A stretch of DNA of 64,000 nt, taken from Eledone cirrhosa. Lineage: Eukaryota. The notes below the pieces were generated by a model. That model saw only the letters and a list, made by a program, of their open reading frames with translations. It was not told the origin of the DNA and did no database searches. The stretch covers positions 168,578,001-168,642,000 of the forward strand of contig OZ024743.1 of NCBI GenBank assembly GCA_964016885.1, read 5' to 3'. Positions 12,860 through 25,080 of the stretch are shown piece by piece; within the stretch, counting starts at the first letter, position 1, and each line of letters begins with the position of its first letter. Made by a program: the position numbers and the translations under genes.

Positions 12860-14645
12860 GAAACAGATTATACGAAAGCAGATCAAGGAAAAACGGTAGA
12901 AAAAGAAGAATTGAAGGGGAAATAAAAATATTTAGGAAATATATCAGTTAAGGTTAGACAGGTTCTGGTGAGCTGCATGAATGGTTGAAAGACTGAGCTG
13001 ACATTATGTAAACAAACATTGGGAGTTGTGAAGATCAATAGAGGAATATTTCAACTGTGTATGGTTCCACTTTCATTGGTGTTGAGAAAGTCAAACGCTA
13101 GTTACGAGTGGGGAGGATGTGAGTTTAAGATAAACCACCTGCTGTTCATGGAGGACCTAACACTTTATGAACATATTGATTCCCTTATCCAGACAGTTCA
13201 TACATTCAAATACGAACATAGGAATGGAATTTGGTATTAAAAAGTGTGGTAGAATTAATAAGATAGACGAAATTGAATACCGATTGGACAAGTTATGAAG
13301 GAAATTCATGACCATGGATATAGGTACTTAGTCATCTTGGAAACAAACCAAATGAAAGAGAAGGAAATGAAAGAACTATTATCAAAGGAATATAAACGGA
13401 GACTAAATTTGGTGTTAAAGACGATGTTAAGTAGTAGAAATAAGGTACTGGCTCCCAACACATGGGCTATTGCAGTGCTGAGCTATAGTGCTGGTGTGAT
13501 AGAGTGGAGATGTGGTGAACTTAAGGAGCTTGATAGAAAGACCAGGAAAATGATGACGCTACAAGGGGCTCTACACCCCAAAGGTGACATGGACAGGTTG
13601 TATCTGTCACGACAGAGAGGAAGAAGATGTCTGATTAGCTGTGAAATATGTGTGACGTTGGAGGAAAATAATCCGGCATGGTATGTAAATAATTCAAAGG
13701 AGAGATTGGTGACAGGAGTAAGAAAAATAAAGGTCCTAAACAGTGATGAAGCAAAGTAAAAGGGAGAATTGAAACAAGACAGACAGTATGACACATTGAA
13801 AAGATGGAAGAAAAAAAACGTATGGTCAATTCGTACGTGAAATGCCTGAAATAGTTGACAAAGATAGGAACTGGACTAGGAAAAGAGACTTAAACGTTGA
13901 AATTGAGTCCCTTATTTTTACAGCTTAGGAACAAGTACTGAGAATGAACTATATCAAGTTCAATATTGACATTGTCAGTGAATTTCCCACTTTGTAGATT
14001 CAGTGGTGAGAGAGGTGAAACAATAAACCACATTATTAGTGAATGTAAGATACTTGCTTAAAAAGTTCAAGAGAAGACACAACAACATTGCTAGATTGGT
14101 TCATTGGAAGCTCTGTCATTAGTATGACATGAGCAGAAGTGAGAATTTGTAAGGACACTAACCGGAAAGGGTGGCTGAAAAGGACCAGTAAAATATATTG
14201 TGGGACATGACCATCCAGTGCGACTATTTTGTCGTGGCTAGAAAGCCTGACATTGTTGTCATAGAAAAGAAGAATAACAAGGCATGTATTGTGGATATTG
14301 CTTCAGTGTGAATGAAAAGGAAAGTGAGAAAGTTGAGAAATACCAGAAGCTGAAGAGAGAAATCGGGAAACTATGGAGAATCAGACACATAGAAGTGGTA
14401 CTGATTGTGGTTGGTGCACTAGGAGCAGTTAGTAAAAGGTCGGATGCCTGACTTGAGAAGATAGTAATTACCACAATGACCGGATTGTTGCAGAGAACAG
14501 CCTTTCTGGGTATAGTAACAATTCTAAGAAGGGTGTTGGAATGTTGAAAGGGAAGGAATGACCCAAGAGACCTTTGGCCATTGGATATAGCTCACTCTTT
14601 TCGTATAGTGTCGGTATAGCATCTGCCAGAACAAAAGTATTACGA
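12860..14645 (+). mobile_element. Decayed R4/Dong-type RLE LINE ending in (TAA)n
   Basis: RGIFQ, INHLLFMEDL, LDRKTRK, DRLYL.R..GRR.L, and CCHC and KPD remnants; homologous to 61819-64000. Confidence 0.85.
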
Positions 14646-15199
14646 ATAATAATAAATATAATGCACTAATAATAATGATACCTTATAATAATAATAATAA
14701 ATATAATGCACTAATAATAATGATACCTTATAATAATAATGATTTCTTTATTAGAAAAATAAGGTTAATACACTAATAATGGTTAAAGTAAAGAATGCCA
14801 AGTGTTGAGCAAGTAATGAAGAAATATGAGGAAATATAAATCCCTGGATACTATGGAATTGAATGCCATCATTCAATGAGTAGATGGTAAAACAATCTGT
14901 CAGGAAGGCGTTGTTGCGAAGAAATTGTTTCCGTATCTTAAGCCAATTATTAAGATTTTTCTCTGCAATCTAAATTGTACCTGCGGCTATTGTAATTATA
15001 TACATAACAGCTACATATACGGGTATAATTATTAAATACAGGAAAGTGTATATATCTGGTGTATACATAGTAGGAAACTTTGTAAGTGTGTTCGTGTGTA
15101 TGTGTACGTGCACATAACTAGATATGTGTACAAGAGTGCGCATTCACATATATGCACACATATGTTTATATATATGTGTATATTATATGTATGTATCTA

Positions 15200-15350
15200 T
15201 CATGCTTTCTAGCATAGTTACGCCCCTTTACGATCTGAGTTCAAATCCCGCCGAGGTTGACTTTGCCTTTCATCCTTACGGGGTCGATAAAATAAAGTAC
15301 CAGTAATGCACTGGGCAATTGCTGGCCTTGTGCCTAAAGTAGAAACAATT
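15200..15350 (+). mobile_element. SINE, 5'-truncated
   Basis: Matches the SINE consensus. Confidence 0.85.
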
Positions 15351-15370
15351 ATATGTATGTATCTATCAAC

Positions 15371-15500
<130 letters not shown>

Positions 15501-16019
15501 GTGTGTGTGTGTGTATCTATCTATTAATATATATATATATATAACGTAATCTGAGTTTTTCGAATAATAATAATAATATTCGATTCGTTTTCAATTATGC
15601 AAGCAGTCTCTTTAAAGCCATGTCAGTGGAATGACATCTTCATTCTTCTTCTTGTGTTGGCATGTAAACAGAACTGCAGACACTAATGTTTATGGGGTAT
15701 TTCCCTCTATCAGTACAGTATACTGTTTACCTGCCAACTGTCAGAGCTAGTGAAAATATATGATATTTTCGAAAATATACAGTGAATGATCGGCATGATT
15801 TGTATATTAGCAAATTGTCAGATCAGTCTGATCTGCATATTAGCAGACCCACTGATCAGCTATATTTGCATATCAGAAGATAGGCCAGTCATGTTCATAT
15901 ATATGAGCGATTAATGGCAGGCTTTGCCATATTCAAATAACTAACAAATAGTTTATCGCTCTACATAACTGAATACAATAAATGTAATCTCAGTTTTTCG
16001 AATATTAATAATCGTTTTT

Positions 16020-16340
16020 TATATAGGTACAAGGCCATCAATTTGGGGGGGAGGGGAAAGTCAATTAAATCGATCCAGTACGTGACTGGTACTTTATTTT
16101 CATCGACCTCGTAAGGATGAAAGGCAATGTTAACCTCGGTGGGATTTGAACTCAGATCATGAATGCTCCAAAACAGATCACTATGCTCCAATACATGTCG
16201 TCCGACCCTCTACCGATACTGCCAATTCATGTATATTGTTAGAGAATTGGATTCACAATCTTCCGGTTGTGAGTTCGATTCCTGGACCGGGCGATGCGTT
16301 ATGTCCTTGAGCAAGGCACTTTATTTCACGTTGCTCCTTC
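16020..16340. mobile_element. SINE (-, 16020-16228) back-to-back with a tRNA-head/CORE-like SINE (+, 16235-16340)
   Basis: B-boxes gagttcaaatcc (-) and gagttcgattcc (+). Confidence 0.75.
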
Positions 16341-16511
16341 TACATGGAGTTGCGACCGATAGATAGTATTAGCAATTGGAAAGACCAAGGTAAACATTGT
16401 TTCCTCGGTTCTATTTGACGAAAGTCGATCGATCCTATATATATATATCTGCCTCTTTGCTTCCACGTTGTTTTTTTTTTTTTTTTTGTTTTCTGATTAC
16501 TGTCTCAACAA

Positions 16512-16542
<31 letters not shown>

Positions 16543-16592
16543 TGAACTGCGGAATACTCTTAATTCCGATCTTTGTATATATATATATATAT

Positions 16593-16770
16593 ACCATCCG
16601 GAAATTTATAAATTCTTAAATTTATAATTTTAATTTATAATAAATTGGAGTGAAAGCAACTGGTGCGTGTGTTTCTTATTGGCAACATGATCCTCCCAAA
16701 GCATAACAATATCGGTTTCAACACACGTTTTCAAATAAAGAATCTTGCTAAACAAATTCAGAAACGAAAT
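16593..16770 (+). mobile_element. Solo 3' terminus of family C PLE in (TA)n
   Basis: Nearly identical to 32580-32750. Confidence 0.85.
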
Positions 16771-16784
16771 ATATATATATATAA

Positions 16785-18750
16785 ATTAATAAAAATAATG
16801 AATAAACAAAGAAACAGTTCCTTATATTAAAAAATTCATCATTTTACGATCGTTTCTAGGATATATATGTTGGTGTTAGTATGCCTATCATATAGATCTA
16901 TGTAAACTTTTTACAAACTATCAGAATGAATATACATACCTACACATATATATGCTGTCTTCAGAAATAATTGTTTCTACTTTTGGCACAAGGCCAGCAA
17001 TTACCCAGTGTATTACTGGTACTTTATTTTATCGACCCCGTAAGGATGAAAGGCAAAGTTAACCTCGGCGGGATTTGAACTCAGAATGGCAAGGGCCGTA
17101 ACTCTATGCTGGAAAGCATGGCGTCCAACCCTCTACTGATACTGCCAATCCACCGCTGTCTTCAGAAATAATGATATTTGTTTATTGAAAAAAACCAACA
17201 AAGATTTAATACAATAGGTCTGTTTGGGAACAGGTTTTGAATTGACCAATAGAAAGATAGTGAAGGTCAAGATGGTAAAATAGTAGTAATAGAACCTTAA
17301 TTTAGGGGTAGAGGAAGGTAGATTTCAGTTTTGGATGGAAAGAATATTATGAATGAAAGATTATTTTAGGGATAAAAATAGGTCATATGCTGTCTTCAGA
17401 AATAATTATATTTGTTCATTGAATAAAACCAACAAAGATTTAATATAATAGGTCTGTTTGGGAACAGGTTTTGAATTGACCAATAGAAAGGTAATAACTG
17501 GCTAAATGGTAAAATAGTAGTAATGGAACTTTAATTTAGGGGTAGAAGAAGGCAGATTTCAGTTTTGAATGGAAGGAGTATGATGAATGAAAAGGTTATT
17601 TTAGGGGTGAAAATAGGTCAGGTCGGTAAAAGGTACACAAAAAATTGCTGTTATAAAAGAATAATGCCAATGTAAATATCTAAGGAGACTAAAATTTTAC
17701 GATAAAAGTGTTAGTGGAAAAAAATATACGGAATTTACATCTATGAAAATAAAATAAATTAATTAAATTGATAGGTATATTTATATTGATAAAATTATAT
17801 TAATGCATATAGATATGATAAATAAGAGTTAGATGTAATTGAACAGTGATGTTAAAAACGAGGGGAAATAATAAAAATATATAATTATTGGGGAGAGGGT
17901 TAAATTTATTAGTGAGAAATAACAAATATATAGAGATTACAAGGAACATAGAATCATAACCTGAAATTAAAACAGTATATATGTATACTTAATGGAATCA
18001 ATTTTAGGAAAAGATAGTTATAAAAGGGAGATAAAATTATGTAGTTCATTAGTAGTACAATATTAATTATAGGTTAACTAAATTTAAAAAAAATGTTATT
18101 ATAATAATTTCTAAAGTGCATATTAATTAGGTTTATAATATTTAAAGGTTTTTCTCAGTTTATGATTACACGATATTATTAATTCCTGTCGCTTATTTAA
18201 TAGGATATCCTTAGATTTCATTATTTCAAAAAGTTCTTGGGAACACAATCTACATTCATATCTATTATTTTGATAAGGGGTGGCCCTTTTGAGCACACTC
18301 CAGGTCAGGTCATAATCTATATTCCTCTTTCTATAATTATTAATTATTTCAGCTAAAGATGTTGTATTAGCTAATGCGGCATTTTTAAAACTGTGTTTGT
18401 GGGTATTAAATCTTACTTTAAATTGGTTAGAGGTAGCTCCTATATATGAATAAATTGAGTCCTTAGTGTTAACTTTACATTTATATACTATGTTATTAAC
18501 AAGGCAATTTCCTTTTAATGGGCAATTTGCCGTGTTTCTACAGTTACAACTTTTCGTGAATCCTGTATCAGAGGAGATATTATGGTTAGTTTGATGTATT
18601 GGTGGTATACTCATGTTTTTTTTTACATTTATATGCATTATAGGCACTTATATTTTGTTTTATCTTTTTGGTTGTTGAGTAGGAGAATTTAACCGTTGAT
18701 CTATTTAAAATTTGATGGTATTTGTGGTTTGGCGGGAAGTTCTTCACGAA
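16785..18750 (-). mobile_element. PLE 3' part: Cys-rich linker, GIY-YIG and long 3' UTR
   Basis: ORF 18123-18647: CNCRNTANCPLKGNCLVNNIVYKC..YIGAT..FKVRFNTH..CRLC..E..LLNKRQE; degenerate HHR-like motif at ~16839-16929. Confidence 0.85.
16972..17154 (-). mobile_element. Full SINE with 18-bp TSD
   Basis: gctgtcttcagaaataat at 16954-16971 and 17155-17172. Confidence 0.9.
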
Positions 18751-18954
18751 CAGGCAGTGCCCGATAGAATTAATTAATAATTATTAATAATGGTATTTCG
18801 TGCAATGGCCATACTTGATAACGAAGCGGCAGCCATCATATATATCTTTATGCATCATATATATATTTACCCATCTGCATTGTCGAGGCTTCCAAACGAC
18901 TTAAAGAAATTTACCTTATTATTCCACAATGCTTCAAGCAAACTTCAATACTCT

Positions 18955-18988
<34 letters not shown>

Positions 18989-18995
18989 CTACCTA

Positions 18996-19040
<45 letters not shown>

Positions 19041-19142
19041 TTAAGGATACTATTTATGGTTATGTATATTTTAAACCCTAAATAGTGAAAGACAGTAATT
19101 CATTACTATCTTATTACTATATATATATATATATATATATAT

Positions 19143-19640
19143 AAATTTTGAGTATATGTTGGTTGTTTAACGACACCTCAGTATGCAGATTGGACCACTC
19201 GACGAAGTATGCAGGTTGGTTTGGTTACTCCGTAGTAATGTAAAATAAAATAATTAAGTGAAATATTTAAAATTTGGCTTCGTTTATTAAAGATGTACTA
19301 CTATATATATTTCGGTGGCAGCCATCATTGGCTGTGACCACTTCAGGCAGTCCGAATTGGTGTGGTAGAGACAGGTACACATGTTGTTAAAATGTTTTCC
19401 TCCGTCAATACTCCGATATGTCCAGCTCCTGGTCGGGTTGTTATTTCTCTGAGGAACTGGCATCATATGAATAACAACTCAACCAGCAGCTGGACATATC
19501 GGAGTATTGACGGAGGAAAACACTTTAACATCATGTGTACCTGTCTCTACCATACCAATTCGGACTGCCTGAAGAGGTCACAGCCAAAGATGGCTGTCAC
19601 TGAAATATATATAGCAGTAATAAACGAAGCTAAATTTTAA
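19143..19640 (-). mobile_element. Family B fold-back, second copy
   Basis: Arms ~19268-19445 and 19468-19640; tail on the left. Confidence 0.8.
19564..19618 (+). ncRNA. Type I hammerhead ribozyme, family B
   Basis: actgc CTGAAGA stem II GAAA tatata TA gcagt; perfect stem I. Confidence 0.85.
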
Positions 19641-19788
19641 AGCTCACAGAGCTATGTCAGCTTTATCTCCCCTGTTTGCTGAAAATTTAAACTAAGTGAG
19701 ACCATCACTACTCTAAAACAATACCATAAGGTCTTCGAAATGCTTTTAATAAAGCATACAGTGTATTGCAAAATACACTATATATACA

Positions 19789-19944
<156 letters not shown>

Positions 19945-20024
19945 TATATATATATATAATATATATGTGATATATATATAATATATATGTAATATATATA
20001 TATGTAATATATATATATATATAT

Positions 20025-20070
<46 letters not shown>

Positions 20071-20294
20071 TAATATATTATATGTATATATATTTAATAT
20101 ATATTTATATATATATATAATATATATATATAATATATATATATATATGCATATATATATACACATATATATATATTATATATATGTATATTATATATAA
20201 ATATATATACATATATATATATATATAAATATATATAAAATATATATATACATATATATATACATTATATATACTATATATATATTCTATACAG

Positions 20295-22249
20295 GTTGAG
20301 GCCAACCTCTCGGTCCTTAATTACCTCGAGGTTACCCTCAATGTATCGAATGGTTTGTATTACCCGAAATGATACGCTTAATTACATAAGTAAGCATTCC
20401 AACCATCCTGCCAGCATAACCAAGAACCTGGTAAGAAACGTTTCTTTGAGGCTTTGCCGTCTATCTACTAACGAGCATATTTTCAACGACCATTCCACAT
20501 ATTACAATGAAGCTCTTGCTCGGAGTGGATTTGTCGATAAGGTAGCTTATACAGAGTACGAGAATAGACCTAGAAGAAATAGATCCCGACGCATTATATG
20601 GTATAACCCACCATATAATATGGAGGTGGCCACACCATTAGCTAAGATATTTCTAACCCTTATTACAAAGCATTTTCCCCCTACACATAAATATAGTAAC
20701 ATTTTAAATAGAAATACTATTAAAATTTCTTACTCTACGACTCATAACATTGCACTTCAAATTTCATCACAGCTTCAAATTTAGCTAAACTACCTAGCCG
20801 TAGGAACACGTGCAACCCTGTAGTTAGTACTAACTGTAATTGCAGGAACCGGGTTGATTGCCCCCTATCCGGGAAATGCCTCTCTAGTAACATTGTCTAC
20901 AAATGTAAGGTCGAAACACCCACGTCCCGTAGGGCCTACATAGGGTTAACCGCCAATAGATTCAAGCAGCGTCTTTACATGCATACCGATTCTTTTCGTT
21001 ACCCTCTAAGAAGGAATATGACGTCACTTTCAGCTTATATCTGGAGTCTAAAAGACAACCACACCCAATATAAGTTACACTGGGAGATCCTAGCTAGGGC
21101 TAGATCGTATAACGGAAATAAAAGACCATGTGACCTCTGCGCCGCTGAGGCCCTGGAAATACTCTACGCCACAGACCACATCTTAAACAAAAAAATCTGA
21201 GGCGATTTCGGCTTGTAAACATAAATTGCACAAAACTTTCCTGTATTACAGCCGCACATTATACCCTAACGGATAGTACGATCTATACGCGGATATTTTA
21301 CGTCTTGATGTAGTAGCTAAGTATATGTTATGTTTATACCATTACTTAGTTGCATAGGTAAGTATATATTACCTGTATGTTTTGTGAAGGTACGTATACT
21401 TTCTCGTACGTATATTTGATTGTATATGTTATGGCGTATATTTTTATATATTCTGGTACATATGCTTTTGGTTATGTGTATACGTGAGTTTTGCGTCTGT
21501 GTGAGTATGCGGGTTCGTACGTATGTAGGGTGTGTGTATATGTGTACTTCGTGTTTTGGTTGACGTACATGTAGGGATGTGTGTGCGCTTGTTACATAGG
21601 TATTTATTTATTTATATACGTTTATATATTATCTATTTATTTGTATACACGCACACACACACACACACATATTTATATGTGCGTGTATTTGTATACCTAT
21701 GGCGAGTGTTTTCGCGTATGCTTGTATATGTACGTATATGGTTGCGTGTATGTATTTATTAAATTTCTGTTACCTCTGTATTTTATTTACTTTATTCTTA
21801 ACTCTGAAGCCTAGAATCATTCGGTTTCCTAGTTAGAATTTTAGTCTACGACTCAGTTATACTATTTACGTGGTTTTTTCTTTGCGTACAACTGTTCTCC
21901 ACGCTCCACATATGACGTATTATCTTCGTTTTTTCCGTTCATTGCTAGAGGACGTCTCTATGAACCACCTAATAGAATATTAGTCTACGACTTCTTTTAT
22001 ACCATAAACGTGGTTTTGTCTTTGCGTGTAATTGTTTTTCACCGCTCCAAATAATGACGTATTATATTCGTTTTTCCCCGTTCTTTGCCAGCGAACGTCA
22101 CCATGAACCAAAGTATCGTCTTCCTGTCTTCCTCCGGTTGCAACGTTTTTTGAAATATTCACTTCTGTGTTCACAGATTGACTTTGTTAGTTTCAGAAAA
22201 TCCCGTTAAGCGATTCTTTGCTTAAACTTTAATCTGTTATTTTTATAAA

Positions 22250-22255
<6 letters not shown>
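20295..22255 (+). mobile_element. Family M PLE: RT C-terminus, GIY-YIG and 3' UTR, 5'-truncated
   Basis: SNHP, WYNPPY, KISYSTT, CNCRNRVDCPLSGKCL..IVYKC..YIG; 140-bp tandem duplication at ~21841-22110. Confidence 0.85.
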
Positions 22256-22291
<36 letters not shown>

Positions 22292-22294
<3 letters not shown>

Positions 22295-22490
22295 TATATA
22301 TAACTGCTATATAACTGGTATATAAATTCTATACAACTGCTCTGTAAAACAACCGATGTTGTTACATTGAGCTATTTATCTTACTGGTAATAAGATAGTA
22401 ATGAATTACTGTCTTTCACTATTTAGGGTTTAAAATATATATAACTATAAAAGGTTTCAGTATATACATAACCATAAATAGTATCCTTAA

Positions 22491-22495
<5 letters not shown>
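22292..22495 (+). mobile_element. Solo 3' tail of the family G-prime PLE (also 19035-19120, -)
   Basis: Matches 55285-55428. Confidence 0.8.
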
Positions 22496-22568
<73 letters not shown>

Positions 22569-22629
22569 CATATATATTATATATATATATAACATATATA
22601 TTATATATATATACATATATACATATATA

Positions 22630-22945
22630 TCTCAATATCTAAATCACCGATAGTGTCATAATGGCGTAATGCAGACAGGCAGACATACAGACAGATATTA
22701 TAAGGGCGCGACGTTGTAGCTATGTATCTATCTAAAAAGACAGACTAAGAATTATAGAGAGAGATCGTTACCGGCGACTAATGCGGTCGCTAGGGCATTG
22801 AAAATTTGAAGTATTTTCCTCAAATCACTCACACGACCATAAGGATTCCATGTGTGAAGTTTGAAAAAAATCGGTTAGATGGTTCTCGAGTCTTGGGGAG
22901 TCAGACAAACAGACACACATACATTCTCTGATTTAGATATTGAGA
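22630..22945 (-). mobile_element. Non-autonomous Helitron-like element with a 17-bp terminal inverted repeat
   Basis: tctcaatatctaaatca / tgatttagatattgaga; CAGA repeats; GC hairpin at ~22770-22800. Confidence 0.55.
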
Positions 22946-22954
22946 TATATAATA

Positions 22955-23014
<60 letters not shown>

Positions 23015-23017
<3 letters not shown>

Positions 23018-23745
23018 AAATGTGGAGAGGAAGCACACGAGTTAGGATATACATATATATATATGAAAACAGGGAGAAAGAGATGATTATGAGGAAGATA
23101 AATATATTTTTTTCCTTTTTTGTTTCTCTCTCTCTCTTTTCTGGGTTATAAAATGATTAAAACGAAATGTTTTACTTTGTGTGAAGTGTTAAGATATTAG
23201 TTGATTTATTTATTATTTAACAATGGAATTTATTTATCTATTTATATATTTAATTATTGTCTATTACCGGTTTCAGCATTTATATGCATTATTAAATGAT
23301 AGTGAAATGTATTAGTGTGGTGTCGCACATGTTAAACAGAAGGTGTAGAAAGAATAATGTTATATACAAACAAGGTTTAAGAAGTGAAAAGAAAAAAGAA
23401 ACAGGAAAAAAAACGTGCATAATGTGGAACGTAAAAAGTCAATGTGGAAGAAAAAATAATGTTATTTACAAGCACAGTCATTGAAGTTAAGCAGTTCAAA
23501 ATGTGTTAATATAGCAAGAGTGCTTAGTTGAACCATGGTTCCGTGAAGGAGGCAAATGGTGGACTGTTTGATATGATTTCCCTTTTTAGAGAGTTAATAT
23601 GCAGGGGGAAGCAATTCTTGCTGAGTGATATTTAATTTATTTAAGAAAAAGGATTAGGTAGGTTGTGAGGGAGGTAACTCTTGTAAATGTTTGATGGTGT
23701 GTTGCAGTTTTAGATTGGTCCGACTTTTAGAGCATTGAGTAGTGG
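23015..23745 (-). mobile_element. Probable PLE 3' UTR fragment
   Basis: The end resembles the family I tail (cacgagt..gaaaa.ggg); degenerate GAAA-ccgg-TA-atag at ~23260-23303. Confidence 0.35.
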
Positions 23746-24393
23746 TTGATATCTATTAATGACACATATAAATGTTTATAACTGATTGAGAGCACTCAAC
23801 GGGCACTGGAGTAAATATTCAATGATATTAAATAAATGGAAACTATATTTATAAAACCAAATTTATTTTATTATATTTGTTTCAAGGGTACCAACAACAT
23901 TGGTATGCTTTCATCAGATAAAATACAAAGTTTGTTTTATTAATAGAGACATACCCGTGAAAATCATACCTTATCGGTTCGAAATTCACTGGTTAGTGGA
24001 AATATATTAGGGATATTTCAAACTTATGTGTGAATATGCAAATGAATATGTAAATAATTGAAAAACAACCGTTTATTTAAGCGACTATGGAGAGAGAAAG
24101 AGAGAGCTATTGTTTCTTTCTTCTCTCTTGCACTCTTTTTCATCCTTCTCCCTTTATCTCTTCTCACTCTCTCTCTCTCCATAGTCGCTTAAATAAACGG
24201 TTGTTTTTTAATTATTTACATATTCATTTGCATATTCACACATAAGTTTGAAAAATCCCTAATATATATCCACTATCCAGTGAATTTCCAACCGATAAGG
24301 TATGATATTTATGGGTATGTCTCTATCTATAAAACAAACTTTGTAATTTATCTGATGAAAGCGTACCAATGGTGTGTTGGTACACTTGAAATA
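23745..24393 (-). mobile_element. Family D PLE pLTR fold-back
   Basis: Arms ~23875-24107 and 24167-24393; an HHR on each arm. Confidence 0.8.
23864..23925 (-). ncRNA. Type I hammerhead ribozyme, family D
   Basis: Reverse complement: tattttat CTGATGA aag..ctt GAAA caaata TA ataaaata. Confidence 0.75.
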
Positions 24394-24553
24394 TATATAT
24401 ATATTATATATATATAATATATATATTTATCTATATATATATAATATATATGTAACATATATATATAATATATATGTAATATATATATATATATATGTAA
24501 TATATATATATATATAATATATATAATGTATATATATATATATAATATATATA

Positions 24554-24635
<82 letters not shown>

Positions 24636-24730
24636 CATATATATAATATATATATATATGTGTATATATATATTTAATATATATTTATATATATATTATA
24701 TATAATATATATACATATTATATATATATA

Positions 24731-25080
24731 CTACCAGTGGTACCCGGCGTTGCACGGGATAATGTATTTTAGCACACGGGCCGCCAATAGACCTAATCGT
24801 GGAGAAACTGCTTGCCTGGACAATATGTAAAGAAAATAAACCAAATACTCTGATGGCTGGATAATCTTTAAGATTTTCCTGGATGAAGCAGGAAAAATGC
24901 AGGTTTTCACCTAATGCGGGCCCTAGAGGATCAAGAAAATGAATTTTTTTATGTGCATAATATGCCTTGAAATTTCGGAAAAAACGGCTAGACGTAACGC
25001 CTCCAAAAAGCCCTAAGAAGCTGAAAAAATGAAGTTTTTCACCTAATGCGGGCCATAAGAAAGTTGAATTTTCTTTGCTC
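24731..25080 (-). mobile_element. Helitron-like 3' end fragment with a ~120-bp internal tandem repeat
   Basis: Reverse complement cccgtgcaacgccggg hairpin followed by a CTRR-like end; ttttcacctaatgcgggcc occurs twice. Confidence 0.55.

Noticed and set aside
21790-22255. HHR in the family M 3' UTR
   Set aside because: ctgaagc is present but I found no matching GAAA or stem arrangement
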